Assembly: GCA_031370005.1 (NCBI GenBank)
Contig: JANMPT010000031.1
Coordinates: 1-14,645, forward strand
Reading direction: 5' to 3'
Origin: Bdellovibrionales bacterium
Lineage (GTDB): Bacteria > Bdellovibrionota > Bdellovibrionia > Bdellovibrionales > Bdellovibrionaceae
Length of the DNA stretch: 14,645 nt
The position numbers and the translations under genes are program-made. Within the stretch, counting starts at the first letter, position 1, and every line of letters begins with the position of its first letter. Positions 1 to 7,059 of the stretch are shown one piece after another. A model generated the notes under the pieces. It saw only the letters and a program-made list of their open reading frames with translations, was not told where the DNA came from and searched no databases.

Positions 1-149
1 GGGAATGATCAGGGTTGGCCGGACTGACTGCGAAGTATTTATACGCATTAGTGACTAGCGAGGGGACTAACTTTTGAATCGCGCCCCACGCAAAATGGTA
101 GTAATCTAATCCTAATCTGAATTTGGGTTTAATTGTTTCAGGCCCATGG

Positions 150-197
150 GACCGGTGTTCCGGTGATTTATGTCCCATTTTAAACCCGGTGCCTACA
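150..197 (-). mobile_element. Possible IS terminal sequence (TGT-starting, IS481/IS3/IS21-like) that truncates the ECF sigma gene
   Basis: Minus strand reads TGTAGGCACCGGGTTTAAAATGGGACA, with CACCGG repeated further in. It ends exactly where sigma-factor homology begins (DDVIHQTW at 198). No partner end or transposase is in the window. Confidence 0.3.
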
Positions 198-647
198 GAC
201 GATGTCATTCATCAAACTTGGGAAACTTTTTTCTTTAATCTAGAAAAATTTGAAGGACGCTCACAAATTCGTACTTTTATTTGCGGCATTCTTTTTAACA
301 AAATTCGCGAATTCCGCAGAGCTCAAGGGAAAATCCAATATGAAGATGACTCAGAGCGAGTCATGAGTCATGCCTTTACGTCTGACGGCTGGTGGAAGAC
401 GACACCCCATAGCCCAGATAGAATTGTTGAACTTCGCCAGTCTACTGAACTAATTCGAGAGTGCCTCGAGGGCCTTAGTGAGCAGCAGAAGACTGCTTTC
501 GTAATGAAGGAAGTAGAAGAAGAAAGTTCTGAAGAAATCTGTAATATTTTAGGGGTGACTGTCTCTCATCTAAGAGTGTTGCTCTTCAGAGCTAAGGATA
601 AGCTTAGGAAGTGTTTAGAGGGCAGAATTAGTACGGAGCCTGGTTGA
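198..647 (+). pseudogene. ECF RNA polymerase sigma-70 factor, 5'-truncated (region 2.1 missing)
   Basis: DDVIHQTWETFF..FEGRSQIRTFICGILFNKIRE matches regions 2.2-2.4. CLEGLSEQQKTAFVMKEVEEESSEEICNILGVTVSHLRVLLFRAKDKLRKCL matches the region 4 HTH. The ORF-track N-terminus (123-197) is not sigma-like. The true 5' part may lie outside the window. Confidence 0.8.
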
Positions 648-648
648 A

Positions 649-969
649 ATGAAACTTACAGAAAAATTTCGACAATCTTGGCATGGCATATATTATTATT
701 TCGCCTCAGACAGCGGCGTTAAATTTGCCATGACTTGCAAAGATGCCGCAGAACAAGTTGATGTCGGTATATCAAAGACGCTGATGGGTCGATTCCAATT
801 TCTTCTTCACATAAGCCTATGCCAAGGCTGCAAGAACTACTTAAGCTTAACTGACGCGCTGAAAAAAGCTATAAAAAACATTGTTTCGAAAAACGAAAGG
901 CCAGTTCGTTTAGAACAATTAAACAATGACCTTTTGGCAAAACACTATGGAAAAAATCATGTAAAGTGA
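649..969 (+). CDS. Zinc-binding (ZAS, zf-HC2) anti-sigma factor, soluble
   Basis: Starts 1 nt after the sigma stop. Has MTCKD followed by the HxxxCxxC motif (HISLCQGC), and no obvious TM helix. Confidence 0.8.
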   Translation: MKLTEKFRQSWHGIYYYFASDSGVKFAMTCKDAAEQVDVGISKTLMGRFQFLLHISLCQGCKNYLSLTDALKKAIKNIVSKNERPVRLEQLNNDLLAKHYGKNHVK

Positions 970-1058
970 ACCGGCCTAAGGCCGATTCCTTAGTAGCCAT
1001 GTCGAAATTTGAATCACACCAACAACAATTGCGAGGATCCAAGCGCGCTTGACTCCCG

Positions 1059-1352
1059 GTAATTAATATTTCAGGGGGTATTAAAGTTGATACGGGTTGT
1101 GATTGGCAAAATCAACTTATCTTAACAGGATCGGAATTAGGTAAATTAGCAAGAGTTCCTACTTTATGGATGTATGCAAATGATGACCAGACATTTCCGC
1201 CCGAAGTAGTAACGCCTTTTCATCAAAAGTATATAGTTGCTGGCGGAGATGCACCTTTAAAAACTTTTCCCTCGGGTAGTCATGGATTTACTTTAGCTAC
1301 TGATAGCTTACCTATGGAGTTTCCGGGAATGTTTATTATACCAAGTTCCTGA
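1059..1352 (+). pseudogene. C-terminal remnant of a dienelactone-hydrolase-family alpha/beta hydrolase
   Basis: The frame of ORF 1170 extends upstream without a start codon: VINISGG..CDWQNQL..ARVPTLWMYANDDQTFPP..AGG..SGSHGF. The catalytic Asp and His regions are present; the nucleophile region is absent. There is an in-frame stop at 1050-1052. Confidence 0.65.
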
Positions 1353-1451
1353 TGAATGGACCGACCGTGGAGTTGAATAATATTCATTGATCGTCTCCCT
1401 TGTAGACGTGGCCGCTAAATTAGTGTAAGTAGGAGTCAAAAGAGGTCTTCT

Positions 1452-1964
1452 ATGCTGCGTGTTTTCTTCGTATTCATCATATTTTTTCCATTTTTAGTTC
1501 TGGCGTCTACAAACTTAAATTCAACTGAATTGAAAGTAAAAAAAGCACCACAACCTGGCCAACTAGAACAGGCAAGGCAGCTCCTCAAAGAGGCCATTGC
1601 GGCCCAACAGCTTGGGGATGAGCAGCTGTTTTTTGAAAAATTGGAAAAAGCAAAAAAATTGCAGGAAGTTCGCCTCGGAACTCAGACTTTTAAAGCGGCA
1701 TTTATTACGAAGTATGATCACACTGAAATAAATTATTTCAGCAATAACGAAATTAGATACGAAGTGAATCTTGAAACCACCTGTTACAACGGCAGTTCGA
1801 GTGAGGCTGTTGAGTTATTGAAGCTTGCCATGAAGAATGGATTGCTGGGTTCAGATGAGAGCTGGTATGAGAATCCTCGCGCGAAAGGCAATAGCATACT
1901 GGTTGATTTAGTCGATGGACCAAATAACCTCAGGGATCAAGAGTCGATCAAACTCTGTAGGTAG
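1452..1964 (+). CDS. Secreted hypothetical protein
   Basis: 170-aa ORF with a GAGG RBS, a Sec-type signal peptide (MLRVFFVFIIFFPFLVLA) and two Cys in the mature part. Confidence 0.75.
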   Translation: MLRVFFVFIIFFPFLVLASTNLNSTELKVKKAPQPGQLEQARQLLKEAIAAQQLGDEQLFFEKLEKAKKLQEVRLGTQTFKAAFITKYDHTEINYFSNNEIRYEVNLETTCYNGSSSEAVELLKLAMKNGLLGSDESWYENPRAKGNSILVDLVDGPNNLRDQESIKLCR

Positions 1965-2015
1965 AGGCTACACTAAAAAATGGAGAAGTATCGAGCTGAG
2001 ACCCCACCCTCCGCG

Positions 2016-2470
2016 TTATTTGGAGGAGGATATGCGGGCGGTGACAACGGTGCAGATCCGGCCTTGAAGCAAAGATGCCCCCTATATAAATTTTTGAATC
2101 CAGTACGTTTTCCTCGCCCAGGGCCTCGCTTCTCGTGCGCTCACATTCACTCATGGTATGGGCGCAGAGCTCGCTGCGGCGGGCGTCGTCGCAGGTCCAA
2201 AAGAAATTTTTCTCCTGGTGCACTTGAACTTTAACGTCGGCCAGCTCCGAATGAATTTCGACGTTACAATTGATTTTGGCCTGGCCGTCGGCTTGCCCCT
2301 CGTTGGACCAACTATAGCTGTAGTTTTTGTATTTCAATACCAATGGTGTTTTCTTGGCGATTTCGTTTTTTCGGTCTCAATGTTATTAAGAAAATGCTCA
2401 CATTGTTGACCCAATTCCTGCACGGTGCCGGTTTTAGGCCATTTTAAAACCTGACCGGAAGGCGTACCAA
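2016..2470 (-). pseudogene. 5'-truncated, doubly frameshifted Cys-rich hypothetical protein
   Basis: Adding one A to the A6 run (2366-2371) and removing one G from the G5 run (2078-2082) gives a continuous frame: GTPSGQVLKWPKTGTVQELGQQC..EKNEIAKKTPLVLKY..DSKIYIGASLLQGRICTVVTARISSSK*, with 6 Cys. This is a reconstruction. Confidence 0.5.
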
Positions 2471-2739
2471 TTACCAAGTTGTGTTTTGAGTAGATAATTT
2501 TTAAAATCACTTGGATCTATGATATCAGTTTCACAATTGGTCATCATTTGTATAACTGCATTTTGCAGTCCACGAACGTTTGTTGGCCAAAGTTGTTTTT
2601 GCATCTCAGAAACCGTAGAAATGCGAAACTGCTTTTGATATTTCTGCTGTTTTTTCTTATTGAATTCATCTTGAAAAAACTTAACTAGAAGTTCAATGTC
2701 TTCTGGCTTTTCACGTAAAGCAGGGACATGAACAATCAC
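2470..2739 (-). pseudogene. Internal fragment of a sigma-54-dependent activator (bEBP AAA+ C-terminal lid)
   Basis: VHVPALREKPEDIELLV resembles the IxVPPLRERxEDI motif and WPTNVRGLQN resembles WPGNVRELxN. Walker A, GAFTGA and the HTH are absent. Confidence 0.8.
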
Positions 2740-2779
2740 AGATTCCCTGACTGCCCCTGTCATTGATGGAGAACCATGA

Positions 2780-3331
2780 CATTTCTGGTCCATTGTCACA
2801 GCGAAGTTTATTCGGCAATTTTGGAAATGATTCGAAAAAATTAATCATTGATCGTGCCGTAATTGAAGTATCAACAAGTAAACCTGTTGTTCGCTTCGTA
2901 CAATCATCAACGATTGTTAGACATTTTAAACTTCGATTATTTTCAAAGCGATCAAATACAAAATCAAATGACCAGATTTCATTTGGGGTTGTGGCTTTTT
3001 TATGGGGAGCTCGGATAACAGCCATTTGCTTTATTCGCTTTCGATTTTTTAATTGAAGTCGTAACTTTTTATAAACCCGCTCGCTGCGGTGGTGGCTCAC
3101 GACAAGGCCTTCACGGTTAAGTAAAAAATGAAGCCTCGGTAAACCAAACCTTCGATGCTTGCTTGAGAGCTCTTTCATTCTCGTCTCAAGTGCATCGTCT
3201 TTTGACGGACGTTGCTTGTACGTCACCATCGATCGATTTAGGCCCAAGACTTTTGAAGTCTTTCGAACGCTCACTGAATACTTTGTAACTAGATACTCAG
3301 CCGATTTCTTTTGGGAATTGAGCCCTACCAC
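2780..3331 (-). pseudogene. IS3-family OrfB (DDE integrase core), C-terminally truncated
   Basis: HRRFGLPRL, NEIWSFDF (first D), TIVDDCT and RCDNGPE (second D) are present. The region carrying the catalytic E is missing. Confidence 0.9.
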
Positions 3332-3588
3332 TTTTTTGAATTAACATCCTTTAACATCAAAATATCGAGTGCTTGATCGGCGACTAATCTTTTTAATTTT
3401 GAATTTTCTTGTTCAAGCTCGCGAAATCTTTTCGCTTCGTTAACGGTCATATCTGCGAATTTCTTTTTCCACACATAAAAAGTGGCATCAGAGATGCCGA
3501 TCTCCCGACATAATCCTTTGGCCGTTTCACCGTTACGGTTTCTGTTCAGAATTTTGATAATCTGTTCTTCCGTGAACTTTTTCTTCAT
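3325..3588 (-). CDS. IS3-family OrfA (HTH plus leucine zipper)
   Basis: MKKKFTEEQII..LCREIGISDATFYVWKKKF..RELEQENSKLKRLVAD..SKKW, with a GGGAGAG RBS. Confidence 0.92.
   Translation of the reverse strand: MKKKFTEEQIIKILNRNRNGETAKGLCREIGISDATFYVWKKKFADMTVNEAKRFRELEQENSKLKRLVADQALDILMLKDVNSKKW
3331..3337 (-). other. Programmed -1 frameshift heptamer A AAA AAG
   Basis: A6G at the orfA/orfB overlap, the canonical IS3-family slippery site. Confidence 0.85.
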
Positions 3589-3637
3589 TTTATCTCTCCC
3601 TTGGTCTAGTTAGACACGGGAAAACTCTACTGACAAG

Positions 3638-3663
3638 TGGTCTAAATTTTTAGGGCAAACTCA
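3638..3663 (-). repeat. Left terminal inverted repeat of the IS3 element
   Basis: TGAGTTTGCCCTAAAAATTTAGACCA has the 5'-TG start and ends 75 bp upstream of orfA. Confidence 0.7.
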
Positions 3664-5678
3664 TGATCAGTTTGATTAATTCTTCTTTTCCATGCTCAGC
3701 AAGAAATTCACCACCAAAAAAACTCATATGGGAACTATCAATGTATAAAACCTTTTGGTTATATGAGGCTTTGCAATGCTGTTCATTACAAAGATATTTA
3801 AAAGGATCAAATATCTTTACTGCCGGAAAAAGATGAGTCATCTCTTTAATTAACTCACGACTACCACCATCATTTCGCAACACTCGCGCCAACGACATAT
3901 CGCAGATTGTATTTTTTTTAGTAAGCGTAGTTAGACGTATGCAACTTCGCGGCTTTGCCCCAAGCGGAGGAGTTTGAAATATTATTACTTTTTTGTTCAA
4001 ACTAATTAAGTATTCCAGGGTGGCTACCAATGATTTTTTTAAATCCTCAGCCGTTGTTTTATAATGAAGCCAGTCATAATTTTTTCCAATTACATATGAG
4101 GGCCAATGAGCTGCTAAAATGACCGTTGTTGTCTGAGCTGTTTTCTTTATAAGGTCGAAATAATGTTGAGAAGCCTCTCTACAAACTTTTGGACCAAAAT
4201 TTAATAATGGAGGGCATTGGTCTCTGCCAAATTGTTTAAACGAAAAAGAAAACTCTTTATTCAAATTTAAAAGTAATTGAGAATATGAGGTGGCAACAGA
4301 ATCACCCATAAGTGCCACAGATGGGTCTTTGGCTATATTGCCATCATTACACCAGTCGCTACTATCTGGACTTTCTTTTAGGGTAAGGCATGCATTTCTA
4401 AACGCTGGCGGAAAGGTAAAGTCATTGAAATTAGAAATCTTTTCAGCATTCCTCTGTTTTAACCCATCACGTGCGTAACTATTTAATCCTAAGCCTGCAA
4501 TGATACCCATAGAAATTAATAAAACAATTGCTTTTCTTTTGCGATATTTACCAAAACGAATAGGCTTTTCAACAAGTTGATAAGTACCCCAAGCAAATAA
4601 GATCGAAATAATCACTGCTATAATTCGTATATTAAGCGCAGGGGTTTCGCTCTCTATGATGCGTACGAATGATAAGAAAAACCAATGCCTATAGATAAAG
4701 TGGAAAACTAATGAGACCAAACCACACCATTAATCTGCTAGAGAGAAGTGTTCTATTAAGCCAGGCTTGATCGCCAGCAGAAATGATTAAAACTGCACCA
4801 ATTGTTGGTAATAAAGCCCACCATCCAGGAAAAATTTTATCCTTAGTAACTAATAATAAACCCACGGTTATTAGTAATAGGCCTAAAAGCGATAATGTGC
4901 TTTTTAAAACATTTTTTTTATTCAAAAATTTAAATGAATAAAATAGATGACCAATTTTGGTATTATAAAATTTTTGCTGTAAGCTGGCAAAATTATTTTG
5001 TTTATAAAGCATTAGATATGCGAGGATAGCACCAATCAAAATTTCCCAGAAGCGGGGCTGCGGTGAATAAAACATAGCAATAATATCACGTTGAGTTTCC
5101 CGTATATTTAAAGCGAATGAGATCAATGCTAAAACTAAAGTGATACCTAGAAGACTAACTCGAGATTTCCTGCCCAGCCATAATATTATTGGCCAAAAAA
5201 TATAGAATTGCTCTTCAATTGACAGAGACCATAAATGTAGGAGTGGCTTAACCTCGGCTAAATTGTCAAAATACCCGTTCTCCTTCCAAAGAATAAAATT
5301 CAATACAAAGCCCGCGCCACCTGCGATATGTTTACCTAATTGCTTATATTCGTCGGCAAGCAAGACAAACCATCCTAATGCAAAACTGGAAATCAATAAA
5401 ATTAATAATGCAGGAAAAATCCTTAGTACACGTCGCATGTAAAACTCAATAAAACTGAACTTATGATGTTCGATACTTTTAAATATGATCCCCGATATTA
5501 AAAAACCGGAAATTACAAAAAATATATCAACCCCAATGAACCCACCACAAACGATATCCGGAAACGCATGATAAGTAATCACCGCTAGAACTGCAATAGC
5601 GCGAAGACCGTCAATATCCTTACGATACTTTAAGTGTGTAAGGTTGTTGGTATTTGCTTCGGTACTTTTTGAAATCAA
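3650..5678 (-). pseudogene. OafA/YrhL-type acyltransferase_3 plus SGNH O-acyltransferase, frameshifted
   Basis: YRKDIDGLRAIAV, GGFIGVDIFFVISGFLI and HLWSLSIEEQFY mark the AT3 domain; GDS and DSSH mark the SGNH domain. The two ORFs (4689-5726, 3650-4720) join if one base at 4690 is removed, restoring YLWHW. Likely start is TTG at 5678 with an AGGA RBS. Confidence 0.9.
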
Positions 5679-5762
5679 TTTTGAGTCCTGTCCGACGAAT
5701 ATTGCGTGAAATAAAATGAACCTCAAGAAATTTGACTATTTATATTTTATACTTTATTTGTA

Positions 5763-5837
5763 GGGGCCATAGCTTAGTTGGTAGAGCGCCAGATTGTGAT
5801 TCCGGTTGTCGCGGGTTCAACCCAGTTAGCCGTCTCA
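5763..5837 (+). tRNA. Degenerate tRNA-His (GTG), probable pseudo-tRNA
   Basis: D arm is GCTT-AGTTGGTA-GAGC, anticodon loop is TTGTGAT (GTG at 5796-5798), variable loop is TTGTC, followed by GGTTCAA. There are mismatches in the acceptor (2), anticodon (1) and T (1) stems, a 6-nt T loop, and TCA instead of CCA. Confidence 0.8.
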
Positions 5838-5838
5838 G

Positions 5839-5988
5839 TTAACTCTTGGGTATGCCCAAACAAACCTTATTAGGACAAATATAGAATAACATAGGTAGGC
5901 TTGGAAACTTCCGCCCCTGTTCAATATACTGAAGGGTGGTTAGCGCAATTCCCAATTTTTCAGTAGCCTGTTCTGTTGTGTGCCTCCT
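5839..5988 (-). pseudogene. XRE/Cro-type HTH remnant (not in the ORF track)
   Basis: Translates as TTEQATEKLGIALTTLQYIEQGRKFPSLPMLFYIC, matching the HTH_3 pattern tQeqLAeklgis..ti..iE.G.r.Ps. No start codon is present. Confidence 0.7.
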
Positions 5989-6005
5989 ACTGCTTGGTTT
6001 CGGGT

Positions 6006-6194
6006 AGCTACTTTGTAGAAGTTAGCCCCGACAAAAAAGTATGGAATAGCTTGGGCTATGGGTATGGAGTGACTGAATTTCGGCTTGGCGCTGAAAATAG
6101 TTTGGATGTTAGATATGTTAAAATTAGAACATTTAAAAGACCTGTATTTATAGATGCCGTCGGACTAGAAAGAAAAAAAAGTATTAACTTCTAA
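6006..6194 (+). pseudogene. C-terminal remnant of a discoidin/F5-8-type-C-like beta domain
   Basis: YFVEVSPDKKVWNSLG..VRYVKI..IDAV resembles the Y.v.vS.DG..W and aRYVri motifs. Confidence 0.5.
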
Positions 6195-6390
6195 TTTTAA
6201 AAAAGATCAATTCACGTACACATATCCAATATGAAAAAGACACATTGCACATTTCTGTGCGATCCGACCTTTGTCCGAAGCGAACTGTTTTTTGTGGATC
6301 AGGGTTATTTGGATTTTCGGCAGAGTTGTCATATTCACAAGTAGTCGCTAATGTTGAACCCGCTTTAATCAAAAGCGGCTTTTCTGGATT
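6184..6390 (-). pseudogene. C-terminal remnant of a copper type II ascorbate-dependent monooxygenase-like (PHM/PNGase F fold) protein
   Basis: EKPLLIKAGSTLATTCEYDNSAENPNNPDPQKTVRFGQRSDRTEMC carries the YDNS..NP.NPDP..V..G..EM signature. Confidence 0.7.
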
Positions 6391-6472
6391 TAAACTTGAG
6401 CCAACTTGTTCGTACCGTGTTCGGCTTAATCTTATCTTGAATAAGTAAATAATTCCCTAACAAAAGCCTGAC

Positions 6473-6501
6473 TTTACATATTATCTCATTGCTGCTAAAA
6501 C
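6473..6501 (+). promoter_or_regulatory. Putative sigma-70 promoter for the CDS at 6533
   Basis: TTTACA, 17-bp spacer, then TAAAAC with an extended-10 TG. GGAGG RBS at 6520-6524. Confidence 0.4.
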
Positions 6502-6532
6502 ACGCTAAATTAATCTAACGGAGGTTGTTTAA

Positions 6533-6868
6533 ATGGAAAAAATAATTATATTTTGTTTGCTTGCATTAAGCACTGTATCTCAAGCGTCTACAAAAGAAAA
6601 CTGTAACGGAAATTTTGAAGCAAAGTTTATTGGTAAAATTGACAGTGTTCATTATTTCCCAGCAGAAGCTGGTGACTATGAGCACACAACATACGGAATT
6701 GGTGACTTTAGTTTTTACCAAGTAAATCCGCTTTGCCCACTTGATGCAGACCTTGCTTTATCGGCGCAAATTTCAGTGCAAGGTGATGCTTCAGTTGAAA
6801 GTGGTCAAGCAGTGTCTGGTGTAATTGTTTATTATCCAAAAATAGGTCGATTTTCTATTGAGCAGTAG
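6533..6868 (+). CDS. Small secreted hypothetical protein
   Basis: Strong RBS, signal peptide MEKIIIFCLLALSTVSQA, and two Cys in a beta-rich mature part. Confidence 0.8.
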   Translation: MEKIIIFCLLALSTVSQASTKENCNGNFEAKFIGKIDSVHYFPAEAGDYEHTTYGIGDFSFYQVNPLCPLDADLALSAQISVQGDASVESGQAVSGVIVYYPKIGRFSIEQ

Positions 6869-6880
6869 TTAACTAATCTC

Positions 6881-6948
6881 TTACAAGGTCCTAAGTGGTA
6901 CAGGCCGTCTTGGTATGGCACAAGTTCCACTGAATAGGACCTTGGTAA
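6881..6948. repeat. 68-nt imperfect palindrome between convergent genes
   Basis: CAAGGTCCTA/TAGGACCTTG (10 bp perfect), AGTGG/CCACT and GCCGT/ATGGC, with asymmetric bulges. Confidence 0.7.
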
Positions 6949-7059
6949 AGAAATCCTCGAGACCATTCCCCTGCCGAGTCAAACCAATCTCAATAGAAAA
7001 GACATCAAAAAATAATTTGGACAGTGAATTCTGATTTTCTTTTAAATTAATGTCAGAGG

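Larger units (their letters stand above)
2780..3663 (-). mobile_element. IS3-family (IS407-group-like) insertion sequence, right end deleted
   Basis: orfA plus orfB joined by a frameshift window. Left IR begins TGAGTTTGCCC at 3663. orfB homology stops at DNGPEM (about 2780). Confidence 0.9.

Noticed and set aside
972..984. CGGCC-TAA-GGCCG hairpin as a terminator after the anti-sigma gene
   Set aside because: Only a 5-bp stem with a 3-nt loop and no U tract.
1968..2005. Tn3-like 38-bp IR (minus strand GGGGTCTCAGCTC..)
   Set aside because: Similarity is limited to the first ~13 nt. There is no internal ACG..TAAG motif, partner IR or Tn3 gene.
1980..2409. Plus-strand ORFs 1980-2234 and 2158-2409
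   Set aside because: Better explained as antisense shadows of the frameshifted minus-strand gene, and they have no recognisable motifs.
2423..2469. Hairpin or tRNA-3'-like end (..GGCGTACCA) resembling the tracts at 150-197 and 8497-8518
   Set aside because: Reads as open coding frame (GTPSGQVLKWPKTG) of the Cys-rich pseudogene, and lacks both a T-loop motif and the CCTATACCC oriIS core.
2763..4478. Plus-strand ORFs 2763-3056, 3159-3344 and 4290-4478
   Set aside because: Antisense to well-supported IS3 and acyltransferase genes.
6245..6448. Plus-strand 67-aa ORF
   Set aside because: Antisense to the monooxygenase-like remnant.
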